From the human T2T-CHM13v2.0 reference genome, Homo sapiens, in NCBI RefSeq assembly GCF_009914755.1, contig NC_060929.1: 64,000 nucleotides of DNA, one strand, 5' to 3'. Positions 45,309 through 58,048 of the stretch are shown here, piece by piece (position 1 is the stretch's first letter; every line of letters starts with the position of its first letter). Made by a program: the position numbers and the translations under genes. The notes under the pieces were generated by a model, which was given only the letters and a program-made list of their open reading frames with translations, made no database searches and was not told where the DNA came from.

Positions 45309-45966
45309 TGTTAAACATAAACACAGCCAGACATTAGCTGAAGCATTGAAAACATTTTATTCAGTAACTACTGACAGGAGGGGAAAGCTCAGCTCGGTTC
45401 CAATTTGTGCGGAGGTGACTGGGTGTTTTAAAGGGAGAACGTGGGAGGTGGGCAAGTAGGGATCAAGTAGAGTCAGAGAAGTTGAAAGTTACAAAGGTTT
45501 GGTCAGTGTTAATGGATTAGGCCAGCTGTGTCTGCTTGCTAGCTGGCAATTATTGAAGTCAAGAATCAAATTCTCCCACAAAGGCTGGAAGACAAGAGCC
45601 CTACCCTTTCTTATGAATACATTTCAAAGGAATGGCTTTCAGGTTCTTCAGAAAGACACTTCTGAGTTATAGGAGATGCACGTAAACCTCAAAGTGGTAG
45701 ATAAAGAATTTATGATTCTAAGTCCTTTTTAGTAAATGCTCTAAGAAAAGGATATCAGGGGCCTATCGTCAGGTGTTGGCTAGAACAAACAGCAAATTCT
45801 CTTGGTATCATTGAGCTTTCTCAGGCAGAGATTTAACTTGGGAGGAGGGAGACCAGGGTCATCCTAGGGACACAGCCTTATGCTGCAAGAAACCATGCTA
45901 AAGTTTGCTCATCTCTTAGAGCAGAAGTTTGGACAGACTTTTTATGTGCTGAGTTCTTCAGTTTCA
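45309..45966 (-). mobile_element. ERV1 solo LTR (MER67-like)
   Basis: TG...CA ends, near-TSD taag/taac; ttttattcagtaactactgac, gggtcatcctagggacacagccttatgctgc. Confidence 0.7.
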
Positions 45967-46357
45967 TAACGTACACCTGGATTTCTGGCCCTAGCTCACA
46001 GAAATTGTGAGATACTAAAAGTTGGCTGATAATGCATTATGTAGTAATAAATAACTAATGTAGGTTTCGCTTCCAGTAAGTAGCAGTAACAAACCCCTAA
46101 CATATGGAAGTGGCTTTGGAACTGAACAATGAGCTTTGAAGAAATTGTTTGCAAAAAGTTGAAGTAGCTAGGACATGCTGTAGATTTTAGTCTCAAAGAA
46201 CATGCTGATGAGGGCTTAATGGACAGTGACAACTACCTTATTGAAATGATAGCAAAGGGGATCCTTGTAATGCGGTGGTATAAATTTTACATGAAGTATA
46301 GTAAACTAGGAATGTGCCTAATGAATTGGGTCATCTAATATTTTAAAACAAATTATT

Positions 46358-46650
46358 GGCCAGGCACGGTGGCTCACACCTGTAATCCCAGCACTTTGGG
46401 AGGCCGAGGTGGGCCGATCAGAAGGTCAAGAGATCAAGACCATCCTGGCCAACATGGGGAAACCCCATCTCTGCTAAAATACAAAAATTAGCTGGGCTAG
46501 GCAGCAGATGCCTGTAATCCCAGCTACTGGGGAGGCTGAGGCAGGAGAATTGCTTGAACCCGGGAGGTGGAGGCTGCAGTGAGCTAATGCTACTGCACTC
46601 CAACCTGGGTGACAGAGTGAGACTCTGTCTCAAAAAAAAAAAAGAGAAAA
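46358..46650 (+). mobile_element. AluSc-like
   Basis: ggtcaagagatcaagaccatcctggccaac, A-tail. Confidence 0.93.
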
Positions 46651-46799
46651 ATTTCTTGAAGATGTTACCTGACTTTTCACTTTGTAGAATAAAATGTGAG
46701 AAAAGACAGATAAATCAGAGGAAAAGCTACTAAATAAAAGAGAGTTAAACTTGAAAGTTTTGAAAATCTTCTTCATATACTATATTATAGCATTCATAT

Positions 46800-47232
46800 T
46801 GTTAAAGCAAACTAAAAATAGCCTGAGAAGGACTCTATACTTCTATATTTGAATCTTTGTGGTCAAACTGTAATATAACTTAATATAAGTAGACAAGACT
46901 GAAAACCTAACTTAGGAGTATGCACCTGTAACAATAGCTGAGTCTTGGCCAATCTCAGTTGCCATACTTCAACCACTTATACAATGCTGAGTGTTCAAAC
47001 TGTGTTCAAATAAGGCAAAGGCCAACCTGTAACCAATCCAGCTGTTTCAGTACCTTACTTCCAATTTCTGTATGTCCTTTCCCTTTTTTGTCTATAAATT
47101 TGTTCTGGCCACAAGGTACCACTGGAGTCTCTCTGAATCTGCTGTGATTCTGGGGACTGCCTGATTCATGAATCATTCATCGCTCAATTAAACTCATTTA
47201 AATTTAATTCAGCTGAAGTTTTTCCTTTATCA
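46800..47232 (+). mobile_element. MER57 solo LTR (ERV1)
   Basis: tgttaaagcaaactaa...gcctgagaaggactc; CCAAT boxes and TATAAA; TSD atat at 46796-46799 and 47233-47236. Confidence 0.87.
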
Positions 47233-48869
47233 ATATATTATCATATAGCCTCTTCAGAAGCTGTCTGGTAATAAAGTCAAGACATGATTTCCAAGCAAAG
47301 ATAAAATCCAGAGCCCTGCAAGAAAAACATGGTCTAAAAATAAAGCCAAAACCAGAAATCTTCCTAAGATTTTAAAGGTATAAGGTATATATCATAGACC
47401 CTGTCAATTCAACATGAGGGCTTTTATGATAAGGGCATTCTATCTCAGAAGAAGGCAAAGGTAGGAAGAAAAGACCTGTAGTTGAGGTTTTTGTCTAATG
47501 GAGTATTTCCCAAGAAGGCTCACAGAAGACACACACATTGTTGGAAGAATTAGATATTCAGAAATATCACTAGCATTTACTGAGGAAGACAGAAACAGCA
47601 CAGACTGAAAGAGTCCTTTGGACCTTCTGAATAACACTGGCAGAAATCAGGCAGAAAGACCTGCTCAGCAGCAAACACATGCAAAAGGAAGCATGGAGAA
47701 GGTTGGATAACTCAGACGGCATAATCATGAATTCAAAGGGTAACACAAAAGCAATGGAAAATTATTCCAGGGACTTACGTCCTATTCAAAAACTTCCAGC
47801 ATTTGCCTAACTGGATACCAGGATTGACATGAGTCAGTGATTCCTTTGTGCTTTCAGCTGTTCCCATCTGTAAAGTGATTCCTTTGTGTTTCCATCTGTT
47901 TCTATTCCAAGACTGTCTGGAATAGTTATCTTCTGTCTATTCCACCCTTTCTATTGAGTGGCTTTAAAGTTACATAATATTCTTTAATTTCAAAGGGAGG
48001 GAACAAGTGAAACTTCACTCAAGAAGAAGTAGTTAAGGAACCAGGAAGTCTCATTCACATCTAGACCTAATATAGAAAATGAGATTCTCAGTTTTAAGCA
48101 GATACTATAATTAGAGCAGATTTTTTGAAAACCTTGGAAGGGTCTGAATATATTTTGGATATTGGAATGACATGACTCATGGGTGCCAAAGGACAGACTG
48201 TGATAGGTGACCTTTAAGTGGCCCTCAACTTTTTCACTTCCTAGTAGTCACAGCCTGTGTAATTACATCCCTTTTATTTTTATTTCGGTATTGAATATTA
48301 ATATTTTTTCATTTTGGTAGTACATGATCCTGGACCACATTGAAAGATTTGAAAACATGAGGAAAAATATGGAAAGAAAATAAAAAAAATGAAAAGGAAA
48401 ATTATCCATAAATCTGTCTCGCAAACCAATCACCCTTTAAATGTTTTATGCATTTTCTGCCATTCAACTTCCCATGTGTCATTTTTTCTTCTTAAAAATG
48501 ACCATATGATATTCACAAAGTGGTCATAAATAAAGCTACAGTAGTTTCACATTTCACCAAATTGTTGCCAATTGTGTGCAATTGCATGTAATTCTGCAGA
48601 CACCACAATAGTGCATAACATTTTCCTTTCTAAAGTCAAGATTTTCTTTGTTTATACATGTGATATGTGAACTCAAAGTACATTTCTGGTCTAATGTTAT
48701 AATCTTAATGTAGCGAAGCTCTTGATTGGAATCAATCCATTATTATTAGATGCATAAACTTGCCTTTAATATTACTCAATAAGTAAATTATTGCTAAATT
48801 TTAAATATAAAATTCCATGGCTGATATTTTTCAAATATGTTCTGAGTGCTTTCTTTTCAGAGTAATTAG

Positions 48870-49280
48870 CTGGTAGGCTATAAGCTTCTATTGGTGATGC
48901 TACCATTGTTCAAACTATTTGTGGAATATTTCTCTTAAATATCTCTTTAGAAAGCACATATCAGTCTTATAAATGCCTTCAATATTTACATAGTTTTCTA
49001 AGTAAAAAATGGATTCAATTTCAAGAAACACACAAAAAGCATTTCAGGACAATTCTGGGTTAAATATTATTTTTCTAGAAAGATATTTTTAATATGCCTT
49101 GAAAACCACTCTGAACTGAATTCAAAATGAAGAGAAGGCAAAAAAGTTTTCAACCAGAAGAGCTTCATTGCAATATGGTCTATTCCTCCAAAGTTAATAT
49201 TGTAAAGTTCAATATTCATTGGAGTCTATAAGCTTGGTATGCTTATAGAAATAATCTGTCACATTGTAATCACATTTAAT
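48870..49280. mobile_element. MARNA-like ancient mariner derivative
   Basis: gtgatgctaccattgttcaaac...ggaat and ctctgaactgaattcaaaatgaagag...ttcattgcaat are decayed inverted copies of each other, as in MARNA. Confidence 0.6.
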
Positions 49281-49559
49281 ACATTTCACTAATTGTGTCT
49301 TTATGGCTTAATGGAGTTATTTTTTCACCAAAAGTATTCAGCTTAAACAACATTAATGAGATCAAGCTTAATTTCCAACAGACTCAGTGAAATGAAAAAT
49401 GAGGTTAGCTTGATTAAACGCATTGGCCAAAAGGCCAAACTAAATCCTTTTTAAGGAGAATTCAATGTCTCTGTTCTGTTCTCTTAAGACCTGGCACTCA
49501 TGTAGTTTGTTTCAAAAAATAAGTTTTTAATTATTATTTCTTTGTATGCGTCTCTGCTG

Positions 49560-49725
49560 ACATTTACCAGCCTTCACTCTGGCTTATCTCTCTGTGACTC
49601 GGTTTCCTATTTTGTACAATGGGAATAAGAATAATTACTTTGTGTTATTTTTCATAGCTTTAAATCCATCATAATGCATAGCAGAGTGCCTCACATATAG
49701 TAAGCACTTGATAAAATGTAGATAT
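49560..49725 (+). mobile_element. MIR
   Basis: tctctgtgactcggtttcctattttgtacaatgggaataa...gtgcctcacatatagtaagcact. Confidence 0.75.
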
Positions 49726-50469
49726 AATCAGTTTTCTATGTAATTATTTATTTAATTACATACCCCTGCCCCATCTTTTCTCTCTCTTATCTTCTTGGAA
49801 ATATTGTCTTCTAATATCATTTGCAAATATTTTATCTCATGCATGTCCATCTTCATTTCTCATTGTTGGCCTATTCTTTCTTTAAATATGTTTACAAATT
49901 CAGTTTATTTACGGTCATACTTCACAGAATGAGAGCCAGTTTGTCTTTTTCAGTTGTTCTTTCATATTTAAAGCCGACTTATTGAACGAGGTGAAGTAAG
50001 CTAGCAGAAGTCATGTTTAATTTTTGTTTTACTCACGTGTCTTTTAAGTGTGTTTTGTCAAATCACCTTCTGTCAAATCACCCTGAGATTCCTCAGAATC
50101 TCAGGAATATCTCTGAGTTTTCTGCATACCCTCATTTACTAACACGCTGCAGCAGTCACAGATGTTAAAGAGGCATAGTCAAGTCTAATGTTCAAACCTC
50201 AGTTGTTCCTGACTTGGGTTTTATGAGACTGCAGTGGGGAGGGAGTGGGCATGATAGGATTATCATGTTTAGCTCATTTTCACCTTTACTTTTTCTCCTT
50301 ATTTGCTTTTAATCTCCTGGTCCCAAAATGACAAAAGAAAGCACAGGGAAGGAGGAGCAAGGACCCTGTGGTTCCACTAAAGAGGTGTGAAACCTCTTCA
50401 GTGTTCTGCTTTATAAAGCTCTTTTGTGAATTTTTGAGGCTGTCTTGGAAAACTTCCACTGTATTTCTT

Positions 50470-50890
50470 TCTAATACAAGAGATTCATTTTCTTCTGGAT
50501 GACCTTTCTCACACACTCCCCGGTAGTCTTACTGATATGATGACTCCGATTGGTAGCTGATTTACTTGGGCTGGTGTATTTTCTAGGTAATTCGAATTCA
50601 GCTAACTTCCATGGGGTCCACCTGAGTCTTGAGAAGAACTGCCAGAATCTGGAAGGCCAAGCTGCTCTCTGCATCCTCTTATCACTGGTAACCACTTCAA
50701 GTCCTTTATGTATAGAATGCTCCAGGGAGGTGGGTCTGGCACTCATCTCTTTATTCCACAATCTCCACTGGACACAGGTCATGTTTTAGAAACATTTCTC
50801 TTTAAATCAGTCCTTTACTTGATTGGAGACAGACAGGAAGGAAGTACACACCTGCACTTTCAATAAAAGGAAGAAAATAAAAGTGCTTAA
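50470..50890. other. Non-repeat island with exon-like signals (possible lncRNA exon, strand unresolved)
   Basis: Higher GC than flanks; minus-strand acceptor ttttattttcttccttttattgaaagtgcag|g at 50852-50853; the same bases read on plus give two AATAAA (50862, 50876); 103-aa minus ORF with no recognised homology. Confidence 0.3.
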
Positions 50891-51304
50891 CATTCAACCA
50901 AGCATTCAAAGTAAATGCCCAGTATTTAATCTTCTTTTAATCAATTTTCTTACTTCCTTTTATATGCCCTCAACTTAGGTGAGGAACTTACGTTCTCCTG
51001 ACTTCTTTATTTTGATATTGACCAAAATTATAAAGCTAAAGACAAATCTCACTTAATATCCTGAGACCTATTTATGCCCAGAACCGTTAAATATTTAATT
51101 CATGACTTTACTTTGAGCACTAGTTCTTACTCCCCTATTTTCAATTAGTTGGTATAGAACATTTTATTATATACCCCCGATACTGATATTAATTAACAAG
51201 TTTTTAGTTACAATTCAGTCACTAATTAGTTGAATTATCAGAAGCAAGTTAATCATATAGAGAACTGTTAAAGTTTAAGTGCCCTGAATAGGGTCTAATT
51301 TGTA

Positions 51305-51512
51305 TACAGAGCTAAACTTGCTGAGTTCTCATTCTTGCACCATCTATAAGTCGTGTGACCTTAGAAAGAGTATTTAATCCTCTAAAGTACAGTTTCCTTT
51401 TGCGTGCATTAAGAATAATAAAGCCACACAAATTATGATAATTATCTCAGAGCATGCGTGTTAATCCTGCAGCTCTGTGTGTGGCGCATGATAAACACTC
51501 AGCATATCATTA
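51305..51512 (+). mobile_element. MIR
   Basis: gtcgtgtgaccttagaaagagtatttaatcctctaaagtacagtttcct...tggcgcatgataaacactca. Confidence 0.7.
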
Positions 51513-51849
51513 ACATTCCTAGTTTCTCTGTCTACACCCCTCACACATTATTATCTCCCTCATGTGGAATTCCCCATTGTGTGCAGTAACAAAGGAAGCG
51601 GTGCTGCCTTCAGAACCACAGGGAGCCAGTTTTTCCAGCTCCCTGCCTGAGCACAGTCATAGAGCAGACATGTATTGTACAGATGGGCAACCAGTTCCTT
51701 TTCTGGGACTTTGAAATTTGACAATGAAATGTGAAAGGGTTAGAAGAAAAGTCATTGCAAAGGCAGGGTAGACCACGGAATGGGGACTTGCCTTTGTTCC
51801 TATTGTTGAACACCAAGTCATACTTGTGGCCCCTGACCTGTAGTCACTT

Positions 51850-52864
51850 TGATGGCAGCAGCGGCCCATTTAAAGTGGCCGCTGCCAAGACACCAGCGGC
51901 AATGGGGAAGCACGGCCAGGGCTACGACGCTCCATGGAGCAGGCAGGACCCTCGCCCTTCCCAGGTGCCACTGCAGCCACCCTGCCACGGCTCCAGACTC
52001 GGGCTCCAGACCTGTGCTCTTGGGGGCCCGGGAAGACCCCTCTACCCCCGCAGGCTCAGAAGGGCCTAATCCCGCTGCCTGGCTTCACCCCGAGGTTGGC
52101 GCCGGCTTGGATTTCAGAAGCTCGGCTAGGGCGGCGTGCTCTATAGAGCCAGCAGTAGCCGGGGACAAGCAGGTGCCCCGACCTTTCTGAGCTGGTGGAG
52201 TGGGAGCCTCCCGGGTACAGCTGCAGCTACCCTCCCAGACGCGGACCTAGTTGTCTCTTCAGTCTGCACCGTCGAGGTCCTGGGAAGGGTCCCCCTTCGC
52301 TGCAGGCTTGGGGGTGTCTGCTTCCACTGCCTGGCCTCTCCCCACTCCCGACACCCGCTCTGATCTTGGAGCGGGGTCGAAGCTGTGCCTGGGCACTGTC
52401 ACAGCCTGGCAGGGTGTGCACAAACTTGGGGCAGCGCTGACACGACAGCCCCCTGCCGCCTAGGCCACCTCCAAACTTTGGGCATGGACGACTGCAAGAG
52501 AGGAAGCCGAGGCGGGGATGAGGATGGCTTGGCACTGGCCCGCAGGTGCCCCTTGCTGCCTGCACCATTGCTTGGCACTTGCTGCAGGCGCACCTGGAGC
52601 TGCCTGCCCCATTGCAGCAGCTAGGATGCCTGACTGTGCACAGTGGCCAGACCCTACGCTCGCTCGCTAACACACGCCTTGCCGCTCTATGCCTGGCTCA
52701 TCCTTGGCAGGTGTGGGATCCAGGCCAGTATCATGAGCTGAGCACAGCCTGCCAGGCTGAATGGGCAGAACGAGCCAAGTGCGCCCAAGCAAAAGAAGGG
52801 CAAAAGCGCCACCGGCCACAGAGGTTTCCGGCCAGAAAAGCGACAACCCAGAGATCCCATAACA
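51850..52864 (+). mobile_element. MER52 solo LTR (ERV1), GC/CpG-rich, apparently internally deleted
   Basis: Starts tgatggcagcagcggccc, ends cagaggtttccggc...gatcccataaca; TSD actt at 51846-51849 and 52865-52868. Confidence 0.88.
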
Positions 52865-53139
52865 ACTTGTCCTCTGATTTTCCTTATCTTTTCAAATATC
52901 CAGAGTCGTCATTTTTTGAGGCATACAATCAGGCATCCTCAAAGATTCAATCATGATTATTGTTTTACTTATATCTGTCTTTTCTTTTAATGAGAAAAAA
53001 AGTACGAATTGGCAGAATGTTCAAAATTTAAAATGTTATGCCAATTTAAAATGTTATGCCATGTTGTTCCTATGACTGCTTCATTGCCTTTTTTCAATTT
53101 CTTTGCAGCTCTCTTTTCTCTGTCTTTCTAATAAAGATT

Positions 53140-53760
53140 TCCCCAGATTCTAGGCTTTGCTCCTGTTAAGTTTTTTTTCTTCTCTGCCACATATTCTTCT
53201 CTGACATTGACCTCCAGGAACAATCTGTTCTTCTAGCAGAGACATTTAAAATATCTATATTTCTAACCTGAGTTCGACAGTTACATTTCTTTCTCCAGTA
53301 ATTACAGAATGCCTCTATTTGGATATTTAGCAAACAATTAAAAATAAATGTGACTCAGTTTGATTGTACCTCTTTCACTGACAAATGTTTCTTTCCAGTG
53401 TGTGCTCTATCTTGAAGAGCAATGCTGTCTTCTACCCTGTGACCCTTAGATAAATTTTTAGATATATTGTCTTCAAATTTCCACAGCCAATTACTTGCTA
53501 ATCCTAGTGATACAACTTGACAAGAGTTTTTAACTTCCATTCTTCCCTTTGCAATACTGGTGCCCTAATTTGGAGCTCATTATTTTCTTCCTGAATTGCT
53601 GAATTTGATTCCTTACCATCTTCCTGCCTCCAGTGTCTACTCATTCAAAATACATGAATTATAAACTCTGCCACCAGAATAAGTCTTCTAAAATGGAAAT
53701 CTAAATTTGACTATTTTTCTATTGCCCTCAAACACTTCCAGTGACTTCAGGGTAAACATA
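53140..53760 (-). mobile_element. L2 relic
   Basis: aaatatctatatttctaacctg, tctatttggatatttagcaa, tcttcctgcctccagtgtct...actctgccaccaga. Confidence 0.65.
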
Positions 53761-54164
53761 TGAGATCTCACTTATGACAGAAATGTCATAAGTGCTTTGA
53801 GTAAAGTTAACAACAGGAAAAAATAATTTTTGCTGTTATATCATCACTAATACACATGCCATTTCTTGCCATCTTCACATAGTTTGAAATTTCCCTCTTT
53901 CCTTCTAATTGTCACTCCTTCTAGTCCTCCATCTCTTGTTTTCCAAGATCTTCTTAGTCCTTCCTACTGCACAGTAATTTTTCTAAAATCTAAGTTCCAT
54001 GCTAAAGTAGTGAGGCAATGCATATTATGCCTTGGCCATCACAACTCATTTAATTCTGATGACACAAAGTAAGATATTTTGTATATAGATAGAGCCAGTG
54101 TTATATTTGTCATAGTTTTCAAAATCTAAAACAATCACATTATTTTCTTGCCTGCAAAGAGCTG

Positions 54165-54412
54165 ATTCATATGGTTGGGATTAATGCCCTTCTAAAAGGG
54201 ACTTGAGAGAGCCCCTTTGTCTTTTCACCATGTGAGGCCATAAAGAGAAAATGCCTTTTCTGAACAGGGGAGCGGGCTCTCAGCAGAAACAAAATCTGCC
54301 AGTGCCTTGATCTTGGACTTTCCAAACTTGAGAACTATGGGAAGAAATTCCTGTTGTTTATAAGTAATCCAGTTTATGGTATTTTATTATAGTAGCCCAA
54401 ACAGACTAACAA
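54165..54412 (+). mobile_element. MLT1A0-like LTR 3' part
   Basis: gggattaatgccctt, tctgccagtgccttgatcttggacttt, tatggtattttattatagtagcccaaacagactaa. Confidence 0.8.
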
Positions 54413-54789
54413 ATTGTCCCAGAAGACAATTCAACATTTATTTCAATTAACAAACTCTATGCCTCTTTAATCAAATATTCTCACCAGTGGTAAGCAGCAA
54501 CATAAAAGGGAATGAAGATGAAAATTTCATAGATAGATAGATGGAATAATATTAAATTTCCTTTACTGATGTTTAATTCTCACACTTGCTTATTTTCTAA
54601 TTTATTCTTTTACTATAATACATTTGTGGCAGATACTAAATGTTACCATACTATATTTCCTTCCTTTATAGATCTTCTTTAAACATTTTTCTCTAAGGCA
54701 AACATTTTCAAACCTAAAAGATCCATTTTAGAGTGTCTTTTGCATTAGATAGTCAATATGACTAAGAGATAGAAATAGAAGTACGAATG

Positions 54790-55275
54790 TGATACAGGAC
54801 AAGCAAGCCCCCAAATTAGGGCTTAGCCCAGGAAGATTCTTGGCTTCACCCAAGAAAGAATTCAAGGGCGAGCTGGTGGTGTTAAACAGCAACTTTTATT
54901 GAAGCAGCAGTGTATGGCAGCAGCAGGGGTACTGCTCCACGCCAAGTAGGGCTATACCTCATAGACAGTGTTTTCAGAGTAGCAGCTCAGAGCCAGTTCT
55001 ATAGTCATATTTATATCCACTTTCAAATATATGCAAATTAAGGAATGGTTTATGCAGAAATTTCTAGGATGAGGGTGATAACATCCAGGTCAATGGGTCA
55101 TTGCTATGGGAAAGAGTGGTAACTTTCAGATGTTGCCATGCCAATGGCAAACTGACATGGCCCACTGGTATGCGTGTCTCATGGGGAGATGGCCCTTCAG
55201 CCTGCTTTAGCCAGTTGTCAACTTGGTCCATTGTCTGAACCCCACCTCTGGAGTCGAGTTCTACCTCCTACCTCA
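54790..55275 (-). mobile_element. 3' LTR (MER66-like)
   Basis: Minus strand TGAGGTAGGAGGTAGAACTCGACTCCAGAGG...CTTGTCCTGTATCA; AATAAA; octamer atgcaaat at 55031-55038. Confidence 0.85.
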
Positions 55276-55479
55276 CACCCTCTTCAGAGATTAGAAACTC
55301 CTCCTTAAATTTAAGAGTGCTGCAGAAGGGCGGAAGTCCATATGGTGTAACTGCTTCCTACTGAGTTTATGGGCAAAAGCCCTGCCTAGCATCGAAGGAG
55401 TAAAAATTTCTGGATACCTAATCTAAGGGTCCCAGAGGCAGTATGATTTTATTCTCCAGGTCTGCAGGTGGGATGGGTT

Positions 55480-56100
55480 GGGAGGCCTGTGTCAGCGTTG
55501 TCTTTACCTAGAACTGTTGTAATCTAGAAGACACGAACTTTATTACGAAGTTAAATAAGCAAGGGCTAAAGATTAGTAATAACAAGGCAGCTATTAAAGG
55601 TCCTAGGAGAGACCTTGGAAGGTACATTTAATTGTCAACCAGACAGAGTTGGGGTCAGTGCCCTAGTTATATCTATGTAACCAGCTAGCTTGCTCATAGG
55701 TCTTTGAATGTTAATCTCAACTTGTCCACAGTTGTTAATATATGTGCATAGGTTTTAGAAATAACTGCACAGTCTCCACCTTGCTTAGCTAGTAAATAAT
55801 CCAACACTAGTCTGTTATCAAGAACTACATTCGCCAGAGTCTAGTGACTCTTGAATTCCCTTTAGTGCCAGATTTGTGTTGGTGGCTGAGGTTTCCAAGG
55901 TTTTAGTCAAGTTCCTTAGGGTTGACTCATGGTAGACAAAGCCACCTCAGGGCACTGCTAGTCTTATAGCTGCTCTGATTCAGGCTGGAATTGTTCCTAT
56001 TGCTCACTTACTTCTCGTATTCTGGGATCTTACAGGGTTATAGACAGTGACCCCTGGAGAGGCAAGAGTTGCCAACGTATATTTACCTCTGTTCCAAGTT
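55480..56100 (-). pseudogene. Gamma-type env remnant (SU end and TM), similar to ERVV-1/ERVV-2
   Basis: Manual translation: RSK*AIG...AVP*GGFVYHESTLRNLT...ANVVLDNRLVLDYLLAKQGGDCAVISKT/CTYINN...LLGPLIAALLLLIFSPCLFNFVIKFVSSRLQQF; stops and frameshifts. Confidence 0.85.
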
Positions 56101-57011
56101 TTTATATAAAAGGTTAGCCATTGACATTGCCTTTGTTACACCTTGAAAAAAAGGGAGAATACAAAACAAAAATCAAAACCTATAACCCCCAACAGACCAA
56201 ACAGATGTCCCCCTCCTAGACAAAGGTAATGGAGTTGGGCAAGCTCCCCCCAGCCTCCAAAACATTTCTAAGTGAAATAAAAGTCAAAAACCAAAAGCCA
56301 AAATAAGGTTACACATCAAGGAAAACCAAGAACATGAGAATTAAGCTATACTGGGAGAAAACACTGCTCCCACTGACTTTTAAGACAAAAAACACTTTAG
56401 CTTCAGGCTACAAGAGCAGTCATAAATGAGAGAAGAAAAATTCACAAGAGCTGATGACAAAATGTGAAGGAGGTTACATGAATCTGAGTAGCTTTAAAAA
56501 AATAGATTACAGGATTGAAAATAAAAATTTCTGGTAATTTAGCAAATTAATACCTTAAGAAAACTTGGTTGTGATAATATAGACCATTTTTTAAGAAGTC
56601 TGTAATAGATAATTTCCTTTGAATCTTTTCATAAATTCCCCTTTATAAATCTTATCATTATGGACATGGACCATCTACAACATGCTTGAACTTTCTGGCT
56701 TGTCCTATACTACCTCTTTCTTAAATAATCAGCCATTTTACTCTAGGACATAAATTAAAATTACTCTTTCTTTATACAATTCCTTGTTAAAAATACATTT
56801 TCTATACATAACATTCTTTACATCTCCCTTTTCTATTCACCAGTTTTTTCATATTTTGAAACTTCCTTTCAATAATTTCTATATTAGACAAAAATTATTT
56901 TTTTCCTCATAAAGAATACAATTCTTTGGTACATTTTATATAAACCTAGGAAGTAAGAATTTTGAATTGCCCACCAGACATTGGCATTCTATAGATGAGA
57001 ATTATTTTGTC

Positions 57012-57347
<336 letters not shown>

Positions 57348-58048
57348 TTTCTGTTGTTTTTAAGAATTTAAACCACACAGCAAGCTCACAAAGTATCTAT
57401 TCCACTTTCACTTTTGACAGGTATAACTAGACCACCTCCAAGAACCAAGATACTATGCAAAACTAGTCACCATGTAAAGCCATTTTAACCATTTGGAAGC
57501 CTATGAACATCGGTAATACCTAGGTAAACTATCTCAATGTTAAATTTCAGAACACAACATTCTCTTCAAGCTAATAAGCTTTGACTAGTTTTATTGAATT
57601 TATGCATGCTCTTTTATTTATAAGCCAACTTGATAATACGTTAGCTAGACACAATACATTTTGCAATACCTGTATATACACCTAAACAAGCACATTAAAT
57701 AAAATGACCTATACAAGAAAACGGAATTCAAGTAATTAAAAAATTGGGACCCATCTACCTGGACAAATTTTATTTGTCCCAGTGGTTATGGAAAACAGGA
57801 AGAGACAGGAAAAAGATCTCATAGCGTTAAATAAGGAAAGGAAGGGGCAAACAGCATTGCTCAAGGGAAAACTCTGGAGTCACCAAGCCACTAGAGATCT
57901 CAGCCAGCAGTGGAGACACCAAAGAAACATGTTTGTCCAGCTGCTTGTCTGCCACTGTGGGAAGCTGTCTGTGGGGCAAGGGTCCAAGACTCCCAGTACA
58001 CTTACTTGAGCAAGGCAGCTCTTTGGGACTAGTGCAAGAAGGTCAGCT

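Larger units (their letters stand above)
44917..48271 (+). mobile_element. MLT1F-like MaLR provirus: 5' LTR (44917-45308 + 45971-46060), internal region, truncated 3' LTR (48199-48271), with three nested inserts
   Basis: gtggtaaccagcctctaag, taacctcatgagag...cccagctaag; int start atggaagtggctttggaactg; PPT-like gccaaaggacagac|tgtg. Confidence 0.78.

Noticed and set aside
50471-50782. 103-aa ORF as a known gene or processed pseudogene
   Set aside because: No recognisable family, no polyA tail or TSD; kept only as a low-confidence hypothesis in findings
51731-52956. Cluster of overlapping 64-148 aa ORFs
   Set aside because: Expected from a GC-rich, stop-poor LTR; no recognisable domain
53025-53060. 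Perfect 18-bp tandem duplication (similar ones near 6368, 14967 and 40817)
   Set aside because: Common slippage duplications with no further structure
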